Assembly (NCBI GenBank): GCA_016188775.1
Contig: JACPHC010000009.1
Location: forward strand, 1 to 43,957
Direction of reading: 5' to 3'
From: Parcubacteria group bacterium
Lineage (GTDB): Bacteria > Patescibacteriota > Minisyncoccia > JACPHC01
Length of the DNA: 43,957 nt
Position numbers and translations under genes: made by a program. The notes below the pieces were generated by a model. It saw only the letters and a program-made list of their open reading frames with translations. It did no database searches and was not told the DNA's origin. This document shows positions 18,917-29,048 of this stretch, piece by piece (position 1 is the stretch's first letter; the number at the start of each line of letters is the position of its first letter).

Positions 18917-18991
18917 TGTTATTGCGAGCGCAGCGAAGCAATCTCAATAGAATCAAGGGATTGCTTCGTCGCTTCGTTCCTCGCAATGACG
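18917..18991. repeat. GTCATTGCGAG-type palindromic element, copy 2
   Basis: GTTATTGCGAG...GAAGCAATC...GATTGCTTC...CTCGCAATGAC. Confidence 0.9.
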
Positions 18992-19031
18992 CCCCATTTG
19001 TTTCGTTTGCATTAATTCATAACAATGAAAA

Positions 19032-20084
19032 ATGTTGAATCGACTTTTTAAAATTTTTCCCAAAGATATCGGCATTGATTTAGGAACGGCCAATACTTTG
19101 GTTTATGTTAAAGGACGAGGGATTGTCATCAACGAGCCTTCGGTGGTGGCTATTAATCAAAAAACCGGCCAAGTTTTGGCCATTGGCAGTGAAGCGAAAA
19201 AAATGGTTGGCCGCACTCCCGCTCATATCGTGGCCGAGCGGCCCCTGGTCGCCGGAGTTATTTCCGATTTTGACGTCACCGAACAGATGCTTCGTTATCT
19301 GATTGATAAGGTTCATAAACAGACTTTTATCGTTTTTCCGCGTCCGCGCGTCGTTATCGGCATTCCTTCCGGAGTCACTGAAGTTGAAAAAAGAGCGGTG
19401 GAAGACGCGGCCAGAAATGCCGGAGCGGTTGAGGTTTATTTGATTGAGGAACCAATGGCCGCGGCTATCGGCATCAGATTGCCGGTTAATGAAGCGTGTG
19501 GCAATATGGTTGTTGATGTTGGCGGTGGAACTTGCGAGGTGGCGGTAATATCGCTTGGCGGAATAGTGGCTTCCCGAAGTTTGAGAATCGCCGGAGATAA
19601 ATTTAATCAGGATATCGTTCGATTTGCCAGAGACGAATATAAATTGTTTATTGGCGAGAAAACAGCCGAAGACATTAAAATCGCCATCGGCTCTATCCAT
19701 CCGGCCGAAGAAAACTTGACGCATAAAATGAGGGGTCGAGATTTGGTTACCGGTCTTCCTCGGGAGGTTGAAATTAATTCTCACGAAATCAGGCGAGCCC
19801 TTTTTCCTTCCATTAATATTTTAGTTAATGCCATTAAAATGACCATTGAGGAGACGCCGCCGGAATTAGTCGCCGACATTATGCAGAGAGGCATTTATAT
19901 AGTTGGCGGCGGTTCGCTTCTTCGCGGATTTTATCGCTTGGTGGCTGAAGAAACCCAGATGCCGACTCATTTAGTGGATGATCCTTTGACGGCCGTTGTT
20001 CGGGGGACCGGCGTGGTGCTTGAAGATATTGATTCTTTAAAACAAGTTTTAGTTTCAACTCAATATGAAGAGGTCCCGCGTTAA
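19032..20084 (+). CDS. mreB: Rod shape-determining protein MreB
   Basis: DIGIDLGTANT, LIEEPMAAAIG, ETPPELVADI; first gene of mreBCD-mrdA. Confidence 0.97.
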   Translation: MLNRLFKIFPKDIGIDLGTANTLVYVKGRGIVINEPSVVAINQKTGQVLAIGSEAKKMVGRTPAHIVAERPLVAGVISDFDVTEQMLRYLIDKVHKQTFIVFPRPRVVIGIPSGVTEVEKRAVEDAARNAGAVEVYLIEEPMAAAIGIRLPVNEACGNMVVDVGGGTCEVAVISLGGIVASRSLRIAGDKFNQDIVRFARDEYKLFIGEKTAEDIKIAIGSIHPAEENLTHKMRGRDLVTGLPREVEINSHEIRRALFPSINILVNAIKMTIEETPPELVADIMQRGIYIVGGGSLLRGFYRLVAEETQMPTHLVDDPLTAVVRGTGVVLEDIDSLKQVLVSTQYEEVPR

Positions 20085-20820
20085 ATTTTCGCCTTTAAAA
20101 ATTTTTGTAATTTTGGCGGTTTTTGCCGCTATTATTTTTTGGGGCAATTTTAAAAAAAGCGATTTTTTTAAAAATTTTATCATTCGATTAGTCTCTTATC
20201 CGATTGGTAAAATTGAAAAGCGGAAAAACTCTTCCACTAAAAAAATAACGGAAAAAGATATTATGAGTTTGGAGACGAAAATTAAGGAATTAGAACGAGA
20301 AAATGATAATTTGAAAAATTTATTGACGCTGGACAAGAAAGAAAATAAAAATCGATTTCTGCCGGCCAATTTTGTTTTAAAATTGGGACCGGAGAACGGA
20401 GCGATGATTATTATTAACGTCGGATCCAAAGAAGGCGTGGCCGAAAAAGACGCGGTCATGCAAGAAGGAAAATTTCTTGTCGGGAGAGTAGTAAAAGTCT
20501 GGCCGGATTTTTCAAGAGTTCGTTTAATCACCGACCCCGATGAAGTAATCGCCGTTCGGACTTTAAATTCAAAGATTCCCGGTACTTTGAGCGGCAGTTT
20601 CGGCTTGATCTTGAAAATGGAATTTTTATCCGATTCCAATCCCGAGAATAATGAAATTATTTTAACCTCCGGCGAAGACGGCTATGAGGCTGGTCTAATA
20701 GCGGGGAGAATTTCTCGAGTCAGGATTAAAGAGGGCGAGTCTATAAAAGAAGCGATAATTGAGCCGGCCTTTTCCGATTTTGACGAGCTGGCCGTTATCT
20801 TTAATCCGATAAAGCAATGA
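20065..20820 (+). CDS. mreC: Rod shape-determining protein MreC
   Basis: TM, coiled coil (ELERENDNLKNLL), INVGSKEGV, LVGRV, ILTSG; synteny. Confidence 0.88.
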   Translation: MKRSRVKFSPLKIFVILAVFAAIIFWGNFKKSDFFKNFIIRLVSYPIGKIEKRKNSSTKKITEKDIMSLETKIKELERENDNLKNLLTLDKKENKNRFLPANFVLKLGPENGAMIIINVGSKEGVAEKDAVMQEGKFLVGRVVKVWPDFSRVRLITDPDEVIAVRTLNSKIPGTLSGSFGLILKMEFLSDSNPENNEIILTSGEDGYEAGLIAGRISRVRIKEGESIKEAIIEPAFSDFDELAVIFNPIKQ

Positions 20821-21275
20821 GATTTTTTTTATTATCAATTTTTATTTTAATGTTTATTTTATTGGATTTTATTTTACTGGCGCTTAATTTTCCTTGGCCT
20901 GTTTATTTTGGACTGGCTTTTATTTCCGCCGCCGCTTTTTTTTTCGCGGTCAAAGAAATTTTACCCGCCTCGCTTTTAGGCGGTTTGATTTTTGACAGTC
21001 TTTCAGTCCGTTATTTCGGCTTTTATCTTTTAATTTTTTCTTTAATTGTGTTTTTAGCCGATTGGTTAAAGCCTCGTTTAACGCCGGAGGCCAAAAAATA
21101 TTTCGTTGTTTTTTTTACTCTTTCAGCCTTGTCCGTAATCTATTTTTTTTATTTCATTTTTCATCGGGATAATTTTATCCACCCGTCGTTTTTCATTTTT
21201 CTCGTTTTATTAAACGGTTTTGTTTCTTTTATTTTTGCCGTTATTTTAAAAAATGCTTGGTTTAAAAAAATATAA
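20817..21275 (+). CDS. mreD: MreD-like integral membrane protein
   Basis: Polytopic, GGLIFDSLS..FG motif, lies between mreC and mrdA. Confidence 0.75.
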   Translation: MRFFLLSIFILMFILLDFILLALNFPWPVYFGLAFISAAAFFFAVKEILPASLLGGLIFDSLSVRYFGFYLLIFSLIVFLADWLKPRLTPEAKKYFVVFFTLSALSVIYFFYFIFHRDNFIHPSFFIFLVLLNGFVSFIFAVILKNAWFKKI

Positions 21276-23184
21276 ATACAAAATTAATTTAAAAGATCGT
21301 CAGATGATTGAGCCAGACGAAATTTTTTTGGATTCAAAAAATCCTATGGGTTTTTCCAAAGAAACACTGGAAGGCGTTTTAGAATTTCCGATTAAGAGCC
21401 GTTATTTTTTTATTGAATTTGCCGTTGGAATTTTGATTTTGACTATTTTCGCTGCCCGTCTTTTTTTTCTTTCAATAATCAAAGGGGAGTATTTTTGGAA
21501 AATTTCAGAGTCTAACCATAGTTCCCGCGAACTGATCGCGCCGGAAAGGGGCATTATTTACGATCGCGATTTTGAGCTTTTAGTCGCCAACGTTCCTCGT
21601 TTTAGTTTGATTTTGAAAAATGGCGCTATGTTAGACGATGAAGAGATTTTGGATTTAGCTAAAAAACTTTCTCCGTTGATTCAGGCCGATGTCGCGGAAA
21701 TTTCCGATATTTTTAAAGAAGCGATAGCCGGCCTGGCCAGTCAAAAGAGCGATATTGTAATTTTTCCTAACGTTGACCCTGAAAAGGCCCTGATTTTAAA
21801 AAGCGTTTTGGAAAAAGACGGCCAATTAACATTGGCAAGTCAAAAAGGAAGAAATTATATTGACGGGGAAATTTTTAGCCATATTATCGGATATTTGGGG
21901 AAAATAGGACGGGAATTGGCGGATAAAAACGATTATTCTTATAATGATCTGATTGGGAAGGCCGGCCTGGAATTATTATTTGAGCCCTTGCTGCGCGGTC
22001 GAGCCGGCGAATTAAAAAGAGAATTCGATGCCAGAGGAAATTTGGTGGCTGAAAGAATAGTTAAACAGCCTTTTAATGGGCAAAATTTGGTTTTATCAAT
22101 CAATGCCGGTCTTCAAAGGAAGATGAAAGAATCGTTGGCGGCGAGATTAGAAAGAAGGGGATCTCGGGCCGGCGCGGCAGTTGCCATGGATCCGAGAAAT
22201 GGTGAAATTCTTGGCCTGGTCAGCCTTCCCGGCTTTGATAATAATCTTTTTCTCAAAACATCGAGCAAAGATCTTAAAAAAATTTTGTCAGATTCTCAAA
22301 AACCTCTTTTCAATCGGGCGGTGGCCGGCGAATATCCGCCCGGTTCAACGATCAAACCGTTGATGGCCACGGCCGCTTTGGAAGAAAAAATTATTGATCC
22401 GGCATTTCAGGTATTCGATCCCGGTTATATCAGCGTCCCCAGCCTATACGACGCCAGTATTATTTATACTTTTAAAGATTGGAAATATTTTGGCAATGTT
22501 AATATGAAACGCGCTATTGCCGAATCCGCTAATGTTTATTTTTATACTATCGGCGGCGGCTACGAAGGGTTTAAGGGATTGGGAATTGAAAAAATAAAAA
22601 CCTATTTTAAAAAATTCGGTTTAGGAAATTTGTTTGGCATTGATTTGAACGGCGAGAAATCGGGATTGGTGCCTGATCCGGATTGGAAATTAAACGTGAA
22701 GAAAGAGCTTTGGTTTATTGGCGATACCTATAACGTTTCGATCGGTCAGGGAGATTTACGGGTGACTCCTTTGCAGTTGGCTTCCGCTTACGCCGCGCTC
22801 GCCAACGGCGGCAAGCTTTTTAAACCAAGGATTTTACGGGAGATCGTGGATGGCGATAAAAATATTATTCAGAAATTTGAGCCGGAGATATTGAACGAAT
22901 CAATCGCCAGTTCTGAAAATATTGAAACGGTCAGGGAAGGAATGCGTGAGACCGTCCGGTCGGGATCGGCCACCTCGCTCTACAGTCTGCCGGTCCAAGT
23001 GGCCGGAAAAACCGGCACGGCTCAATTTGGCAACGGAAAAAAACACGCGTGGTTCGGCAGTTTCGCTCCTTATCAAAATCCCGAAATCGTCCTTATTGTT
23101 TTGGTCGAAGAAGGCGAGGGCGGCTCGGTGGACGCGGTGCCGGTAGCCAAAGATATTTTAACGTGGTATTTTTCAAAAAAGTAA
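21253..23184 (+). CDS. mrdA: Penicillin-binding protein 2
   Basis: ERGIIYDR, PGSTIK (SxxK), SAN (SxN), KTGTAQ. Confidence 0.94.
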   Translation: MLGLKKYKYKINLKDRQMIEPDEIFLDSKNPMGFSKETLEGVLEFPIKSRYFFIEFAVGILILTIFAARLFFLSIIKGEYFWKISESNHSSRELIAPERGIIYDRDFELLVANVPRFSLILKNGAMLDDEEILDLAKKLSPLIQADVAEISDIFKEAIAGLASQKSDIVIFPNVDPEKALILKSVLEKDGQLTLASQKGRNYIDGEIFSHIIGYLGKIGRELADKNDYSYNDLIGKAGLELLFEPLLRGRAGELKREFDARGNLVAERIVKQPFNGQNLVLSINAGLQRKMKESLAARLERRGSRAGAAVAMDPRNGEILGLVSLPGFDNNLFLKTSSKDLKKILSDSQKPLFNRAVAGEYPPGSTIKPLMATAALEEKIIDPAFQVFDPGYISVPSLYDASIIYTFKDWKYFGNVNMKRAIAESANVYFYTIGGGYEGFKGLGIEKIKTYFKKFGLGNLFGIDLNGEKSGLVPDPDWKLNVKKELWFIGDTYNVSIGQGDLRVTPLQLASAYAALANGGKLFKPRILREIVDGDKNIIQKFEPEILNESIASSENIETVREGMRETVRSGSATSLYSLPVQVAGKTGTAQFGNGKKHAWFGSFAPYQNPEIVLIVLVEEGEGGSVDAVPVAKDILTWYFSKK

Positions 23185-23245
23185 TTTACTATTATAATTA
23201 ATTAACCCGCTGAAATTTTAATAAAAAATTAGGCGGATAAAAAAT

Positions 23246-23707
23246 ATGACAAAACAAGAATATATTTCGGAAGAGGGTTTGGAAAAATTAAAAAAAGAGC
23301 TTCACGAGCTCAAGACCGCCAAGCGGCAGGAAATCGCTCAACGCTTGGAAGAGGCCAAGGCCTTGGGCGATCTTTCCGAAAACGCCGAATATATGGAGGC
23401 GAAAGAGACCCAAGCTTTTAATGAGGCCAAAATCGCCGAACTGGAAGAATTGATTAGAAACGCCGTGATTATAGAAGCGAATCATAAAAAAGGAATCGTG
23501 GATTTAGGATCCGAGGTTGAAGTTAAAAGCGATCACGGAAAAGAAGTTTTTACCGTTGTCGGCTCCGAAGAAGCGGATCCCGATCATGGTTTGATTTCCA
23601 ACGAGTCGCCTTTAGGCAAATCGTTTTTGGGCCGAAAATCCGGCGAGGTGATTGAAATTAAAACTCCGGCCGGAATTACGAAATATAAAATTATTTCTAT
23701 CGGATAA
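23246..23707 (+). CDS. greA: Transcription elongation factor GreA
   Basis: GDLSENAEY, ISNESPLGKS. Confidence 0.97.
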   Translation: MTKQEYISEEGLEKLKKELHELKTAKRQEIAQRLEEAKALGDLSENAEYMEAKETQAFNEAKIAELEELIRNAVIIEANHKKGIVDLGSEVEVKSDHGKEVFTVVGSEEADPDHGLISNESPLGKSFLGRKSGEVIEIKTPAGITKYKIISIG

Positions 23708-23710
23708 AAT

Positions 23711-25168
23711 ATGTCCGAAACTCAAATCAAGCAAGCCAGAATCAATAAACTAAACGCGATTAAAAAAGCGGGTATTAACGCTTATCCGTCAGATTCCCAA
23801 CGAACGCGCGCTATTGGCGATGTCTTGAAAGATTTTGATAAATTAGCCGAATCCGGAAGAAAGATTTTTTTAGTCGGCCGAATCAGAACCATTCGGGAAC
23901 ACGGCGGATCGACATTTTTTCATTTTGAAGACGAATCCGGCCGGATGCAGGCTTATTTAAAAAGAGATGAAATTGGCTCAAAAGATTATCAGTCTTTTTT
24001 GGATAATTTTGACATCGGCGATTTTATCGAAGCCAAGGGTTCGTTTTTCAAAACTAAAAAAGGAGAAAAAACAATTTTGATTTCCAGTTTTCGGATTTTG
24101 GCGAAAACTTTGGAGCCTTTGCCGGATAAATGGCACGGGCTTCAAGACATTGAAGAGCGGTTTCGCAAAAGATACCTTGATCTTTTAATGAATTCGGAGA
24201 TGAGAATGAAATTTAATTTAAGATCGAAAATTATCGACAGTTTGAGAGATTTTTTAAAAAAGGAAAAATTTTTGGAAGTGGAAACGCCGATGCTTCATCC
24301 GATTCCCGGCGGAGCTTTGGCCAAACCCTTTAAAACTCATCATAACGCTCTCGATGCTGATTTTTATCTTCGAATAGCTCCGGAACTTTATTTAAAAAGA
24401 TTAATTGTCGGCGGCTATGAGCGAGTTTTTGAAATTGGCCGCAACTTTCGGAACGAAGGCATGGATTCAACTCATAATCCGGAATTTACAATGCTGGAGC
24501 TTTACCGCGCTTATACCGATTATAAAGAGCTGATGAAATTTACTCGCCGGATGATTCTTTTCTCGTTAAAGAAAGTTTTAGATAAGACCGAAATCGGTTA
24601 TCAGGGAAAAACTATTGATTTTTTCGGTCCCTGGTCGACGCTTGATTACGGCAAATTGCTGGAAAAATATAATATTTCCTTGAAAGATTCTAAAGACGAA
24701 CTTATCAGCGCCGGCAAAAGACTCGGCGTGAATATTGAACCGAATCAGGACAAGTGGCATATTTTAGATGATATTTTTAAGAAAGCGATTCGTCCGGAAT
24801 TTATCCAGCCGACTTTTGTCATTAATCATCCGATTGAGATTTCTCCATTGGCTAAAAAATTATCAAAAGACGAATCCAGGACCGAGCGTTTTCAATTTTT
24901 CGTCGGCGGAATGGAATTAATTAATGGATTTTCCGAATTAAACGATCCGATTGATCAAAAAGCGCGTTTTCAGGAACAGGAAAAAACGAAAGAGGGAGGC
25001 AAGGAGGAAAGTCATCGCTATGACGCGGATTTTGTCGAAGCGCTGGAGCACGGTTTGCCGCCGACCGCCGGTCTGGGTTTGGGGCTTGACCGTTTTGCCG
25101 CTCTTTTGACCGATTCCCATTCAATTAAAGAAATTATTTTATTTCCAACCCTTAGGCCTAAAAAATAA
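23711..25168 (+). CDS. lysS: Lysine--tRNA ligase (class II)
   Basis: YLRIAPELYLKRL, FRNEG, HNPEFTMLE, GLPPTAGLGLGLDR. Confidence 0.97.
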   Translation: MSETQIKQARINKLNAIKKAGINAYPSDSQRTRAIGDVLKDFDKLAESGRKIFLVGRIRTIREHGGSTFFHFEDESGRMQAYLKRDEIGSKDYQSFLDNFDIGDFIEAKGSFFKTKKGEKTILISSFRILAKTLEPLPDKWHGLQDIEERFRKRYLDLLMNSEMRMKFNLRSKIIDSLRDFLKKEKFLEVETPMLHPIPGGALAKPFKTHHNALDADFYLRIAPELYLKRLIVGGYERVFEIGRNFRNEGMDSTHNPEFTMLELYRAYTDYKELMKFTRRMILFSLKKVLDKTEIGYQGKTIDFFGPWSTLDYGKLLEKYNISLKDSKDELISAGKRLGVNIEPNQDKWHILDDIFKKAIRPEFIQPTFVINHPIEISPLAKKLSKDESRTERFQFFVGGMELINGFSELNDPIDQKARFQEQEKTKEGGKEESHRYDADFVEALEHGLPPTAGLGLGLDRFAALLTDSHSIKEIILFPTLRPKK

Positions 25169-25171
25169 TTT

Positions 25172-26413
25172 ATGTTAGACATTAAATTTATCCGTGAAAA
25201 TCCGGAAAAAGTTAAAGAAGGCGTCGCTAAAAAGCGGGCCAATATTGATATTGACGAACTTTTGAAATTAGACAAAGAACATCGAGATTTGATTTTTAAA
25301 ATTGATTCTTTAAGGGCCGAGCAAAACCGGTTGAGCCAAAAAGCGCCGAATGAGGAAGAAAGAAAACACCTTTTGAATATTAAAAAAGAAATTGAATCGC
25401 TTGGCCAAGATTTAAAAATTGAAGAGGAGAAATTAAATAATTTTTTGCGGCAAATTCCGAATTTGCCTTTATTCGAGACGCCGGAAGGCGGGCCTGACGA
25501 TTTTGTCGTGTTGCGCGAAGTCGGCGAAAAACCGGCCATTGAAAAGCCGAAAGATTACATTGAAATTGCCCAAAATTTGGATTTGATTGACACTGAAAGA
25601 GCGACTAAGGTTTCCGGCTCCAGATTCGGCTACATAAAAAACGAAGCCGCTCTTTTGGAGATTGCCTTGATTCAATTTATTTTTGAGGCGGTTCGTCAAG
25701 AAAATTTTATTCCGATTATTCCGCCGGTCCTGATTAATAAAAAATCAATGCAAGGAATGGGATATTTGGATCGAGGCGGGGAAGAAGTGTACCATCTTGA
25801 AAAAGACGACCTTTATTTGGTCGGCACTTCCGAACAATCAATCGGCCCCATGCATCAGGATGAAATTTTTGACGAAAAAGATTTGCCTAAACGTTACGTT
25901 TCTTTTTCCAGCTGTTTTCGGCGGGAAGCCGGTTCGTACGGAAAAGACGTTCGGGGAATTTTGCGATCGCATCAGTTTGATAAAGTGGAGATGTTTAGTT
26001 TTACGAGACCGGCCGATTCGATAAAAGAGCATAATTTATTTTTATCTTTGGAAGAAAAATTAATGCGGGAGTTGGGTATTCCTTACAGGGTTTTAAAAAT
26101 CGCGGCTGGCGATTTGGGGGATCCGGCCGCGGCTAAATATGATATCGAGGCCTGGCTGCCCGGGCAAAATCAGTATCGGGAAACCCATTCAACTTCCAAC
26201 ACGACCGATTTTCAGGCCCGCCGGCTCAATATTAAATATCGAAATTCCATCACTCAAAAAACCGAATTTGTCCATATGATCAACGGGACGGCTTTTGCCA
26301 TCGGCCGCGCCATTATCGCTATTTTGGAAAATTATCAAACAAAAACCGGCAGCGTGATCGTGCCGGAAGTTTTGAGAAAATATTTGGGATTTTCGGAGAT
26401 TAAACGGGATTAA
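25172..26413 (+). CDS. serS: Serine--tRNA ligase
   Basis: MLDIKFIRENP, CFRREAGS, HQFDKVEMF, HMINGTA. Confidence 0.97.
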   Translation: MLDIKFIRENPEKVKEGVAKKRANIDIDELLKLDKEHRDLIFKIDSLRAEQNRLSQKAPNEEERKHLLNIKKEIESLGQDLKIEEEKLNNFLRQIPNLPLFETPEGGPDDFVVLREVGEKPAIEKPKDYIEIAQNLDLIDTERATKVSGSRFGYIKNEAALLEIALIQFIFEAVRQENFIPIIPPVLINKKSMQGMGYLDRGGEEVYHLEKDDLYLVGTSEQSIGPMHQDEIFDEKDLPKRYVSFSSCFRREAGSYGKDVRGILRSHQFDKVEMFSFTRPADSIKEHNLFLSLEEKLMRELGIPYRVLKIAAGDLGDPAAAKYDIEAWLPGQNQYRETHSTSNTTDFQARRLNIKYRNSITQKTEFVHMINGTAFAIGRAIIAILENYQTKTGSVIVPEVLRKYLGFSEIKRD

Positions 26414-26559
26414 TTTTTTGGTTTAATTACCCAATCAATTATTTCCATCATTATCCAGATAATTCCCGCGACAATCGCGAGGCCTAAAAATATTTCAATC
26501 AGAACGCCAAAAGATTGGGTTCGAGGAGTATGCAGAATAAAATTTATTTTTTGAAACAT
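26410..26559 (-). CDS. Small 49-aa single-TM protein (absent from the ORF track)
   Basis: MFQKINFILHTPRTQSFGVLIEIFLGLAIVAGIIWIMMEIIDWVIKPKN*, preceded by purine-rich AAGGAAGGGAA. Confidence 0.55.
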   Translation of the reverse strand: MFQKINFILHTPRTQSFGVLIEIFLGLAIVAGIIWIMMEIIDWVIKPKN

Positions 26560-26589
26560 TTCCCTTCCTTATTTTTTTACCCGCTCAGC

Positions 26590-26841
26590 TCAGTAAAGAA
26601 CTGTTCTTACCATTAAATAGCAAGACCAATAAGCGCCAGCCACGAATAAAAGCTTGTGATTGTAAGACGGCAATAATGGCCAAAGAACCGACAATAGTAT
26701 TGTTAGAAGGGTAAATATCGCGATTATTGTGAATAGGCTCAGTTGACTTAGTCGGTCTTTTTTTATATAGGATTTTTTAGCCAGTTTCCACCAAAAATAT
26801 TTTGCTGCTAAAATAGCAACGATCAGCGCGACTTTAATCAT
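26590..26841 (-). CDS. Small membrane protein, 83 aa
   Basis: Three hydrophobic segments; AGAGAGGG upstream of ATG. Confidence 0.6.
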   Translation of the reverse strand: MIKVALIVAILAAKYFWWKLAKKSYIKKDRLSQLSLFTIIAIFTLLTILLSVLWPLLPSYNHKLLFVAGAYWSCYLMVRTVLY

Positions 26842-26887
26842 TTTTTCCCTCTCTTTAATATAATTTTACTTATTTTTAAAGTTCTAT

Positions 26888-26922
26888 AGATCTTTTGTAA
26901 AAAATTATTTTACAAAAGATCT
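26888..26922. repeat. Perfect 15-bp-stem hairpin AGATCTTTTGTAAAA/TTTTACAAAAGATCT
   Basis: Resembles the terminus of the 6447 element, as if the interior had been deleted. Confidence 0.7.
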
Positions 26923-26943
26923 CAATTTAAATATTTGATATTT

Positions 26944-28122
26944 ATGCCAAAAAGTCAAGATTTGGGAAAATTTAAAACATGGGTGGAGATTGATAAAAAA
27001 GCGCTGATTAATAATATTAAAATTGTCCGGCGAATAATCGGCGATAATTCATCCGATCGTCAAGCAAGTAAAAAAATAATAGCCGTGGTCAAATCCAACG
27101 CTTATGGCCACGGCTTGGTTGAATGCTCAAAGATTTTTTTAAAAAACGGAGCCAATTGGCTGGGCGTTGATTCAATTGATGAAGCTGTCGCGCTCAAAAA
27201 GCGGGGGATTAAAGCGCCGATTTTAATTTTAGGCTTCACAACCGGAAATAATTTGATTGATATCGTAAAAAACGATTTGCGGCAAGTTGTTTATGATCTC
27301 GCGACTGTTAAAAAATTGGGAGAACTGGCCGGACGATTCAAAAAAATTATCAGAGTTCATTTAAAAATTGAAACCGGAACAAATCGTCAAGGTGTTCTCC
27401 CGGAAGAAATTCCCGGATTTATCAGTCTGTTTTCCGACTATCCGTTTTTGAAACTTGAGGGCGTTTTAACCCACTTTGCCAATATCGAAGATACGGATAA
27501 CCATAGTTTTGCCAATGAACAGTTTAGAAAATTTAATGAGGCGATTGATCTTTTTAACGTTTTAAAAATCAGGCCGTCTTTTTTTCATACCGCTTCTTCG
27601 GCCGCGGTTTTATTTTTTCCGGAAACTTATTTTAATTTAGTCAGACCGGGAATTATTCTTTATGGCTTATGGACTTCGGAGAGAAATCGTCTTTTCGCGG
27701 AAAAAAGAGGAATTAACATAGATTTGAAATCGGCTTTGACCTGGAAAACGCGCGTGGCCCAGATAAAAAAAGTTCCCAAAGGATCTTTTATCGGTTACGG
27801 ACTGACTGAAAAAGTCGAACGGGATTCAAAGATAGCCGTTTTGCCCGTCGGCTATTGGGATGGTTATGACCGAAAACTCTCAAGCGTCGGCGAAGTTTTA
27901 CTTAAAGGAAAACGCGCGAAAGTTTTGGGACGAATTTGCATGAATATGATAATGATTGACGTCACAGATATTCCCACAGTGAAAGCGGAAGACGAGATTG
28001 TACTTTTAGGCAAACAAGGCCAAGAAGAAATTAAGGCCGAAGAATTAGCCGGTAAAATCGGTACGATTAATTACGAAGTGGTGACGAGAATTAATCCGTT
28101 AATACCTCGAATTTATATTTGA
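26944..28122 (+). CDS. alr: Alanine racemase
   Basis: AVVKSNAYGHG (PLP lysine), HLKIETGTNRQG, VRPGI, GYWDG, GRICMN. Confidence 0.96.
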   Translation: MPKSQDLGKFKTWVEIDKKALINNIKIVRRIIGDNSSDRQASKKIIAVVKSNAYGHGLVECSKIFLKNGANWLGVDSIDEAVALKKRGIKAPILILGFTTGNNLIDIVKNDLRQVVYDLATVKKLGELAGRFKKIIRVHLKIETGTNRQGVLPEEIPGFISLFSDYPFLKLEGVLTHFANIEDTDNHSFANEQFRKFNEAIDLFNVLKIRPSFFHTASSAAVLFFPETYFNLVRPGIILYGLWTSERNRLFAEKRGINIDLKSALTWKTRVAQIKKVPKGSFIGYGLTEKVERDSKIAVLPVGYWDGYDRKLSSVGEVLLKGKRAKVLGRICMNMIMIDVTDIPTVKAEDEIVLLGKQGQEEIKAEELAGKIGTINYEVVTRINPLIPRIYI

Positions 28123-28140
28123 GGATTTTTTGAAAATAAA

Positions 28141-28220
28141 CAATAAAGAAGCGAGGTATATTTTGCCACCTCACTGCTCCGCATGAGGATTCCGTCAAAA
28201 TACACCTCGCTTCTTTATTG
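28141..28220. repeat. 80-bp hairpin element, copy 2
   Basis: Same 48-bp core as 8081-8128, compensatory changes in the outer stem. Confidence 0.9.
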
Positions 28221-28274
28221 AAATTCTACTACAAATACAAATTTCAAATTTTGCAACGGAAATTATTTTTTCAA

Positions 28275-29018
28275 ATGAAAATCAAATATTTTTTATTTAT
28301 AATTTTATTTTTTTTATTGGCTGGCAGCGCGGCTTATTTTATTTTTTTAACGAATTTTTTCGAGATTAAAAATTTTTCAATTGAGGGCAACAAATTTGTT
28401 GAAAAAAATAAAATAGAGGCGGAGATTTGGCGATATTTGGAACAAAAAAATTTTGTCATTAAAAACTCCAATTTTATTTTTTTAAACACAAAAAAATTAA
28501 GCGACAGTTTATTGGTTGACCTTCCGCGTTTAGAAGATATAGAAATTGATAAAATTTTTTTTAATTCTTTTATCGTTCAAATTAAAGAACGCGAGCCAAT
28601 CGGCGTTTGGTGTCAGCCGGAAATTTGTTTTTTAATAGATAAAAACGGCGTCATTTTTGAAAAAGCGCCGAAAATTGAAGGTTCTCTCGTGCTTAAAATT
28701 TCAAAAAATACGGACGAGGAGTATAAGATTAAAGATCAAGTCGTCTCCGCTTCTTTAATAAAATCAATTCTGGAATTTAAATTTCTTTTTGAAAGAAAAA
28801 CCGGAAAATTGATTCCGGAAATTAAAATCGGATCAAGCGGCGACATAACGATCAAAACAGCCCCCGGTTTTGAAATAATTTTTAAAAATAATTTTGACGC
28901 CAAAGAATTGACCGGTCGTCTTTTTATTTTTTTAGATCAGGAGATCAAAGAAAAAACCGCCAGCCTTCTTTACATAGATATACGCGAGTCGAGCAAAATT
29001 TATTATAAATTCAAATGA
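28275..29018 (+). CDS. ftsQ: FtsQ/DivIB-like cell division protein
   Basis: TM then POTRA-like FEIKNFSIEGN...IKEREP, LIDKNGVIF, C-terminal YIDIR. Confidence 0.75.
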   Translation: MKIKYFLFIILFFLLAGSAAYFIFLTNFFEIKNFSIEGNKFVEKNKIEAEIWRYLEQKNFVIKNSNFIFLNTKKLSDSLLVDLPRLEDIEIDKIFFNSFIVQIKEREPIGVWCQPEICFLIDKNGVIFEKAPKIEGSLVLKISKNTDEEYKIKDQVVSASLIKSILEFKFLFERKTGKLIPEIKIGSSGDITIKTAPGFEIIFKNNFDAKELTGRLFIFLDQEIKEKTASLLYIDIRESSKIYYKFK

Positions 29019-29022
29019 AAAT

Positions 29023-29048
29023 AAAATCCCTTTTTAAAAAGGGATTTT
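29023..29048. terminator. Perfect 26-bp palindrome AAAATCCCTTTTTAAAAAGGGATTTT, possible bidirectional terminator
   Basis: Lies just after the ftsQ stop, between convergent genes. Confidence 0.5.

Noticed and set aside
27043-27070. Short extra peptides in Alr (NSSDRQAS) and MurA (RLASGKP, ~11858-11880) as decayed hairpin insertions
   Set aside because: Palindromy too weak to support without homologue alignments
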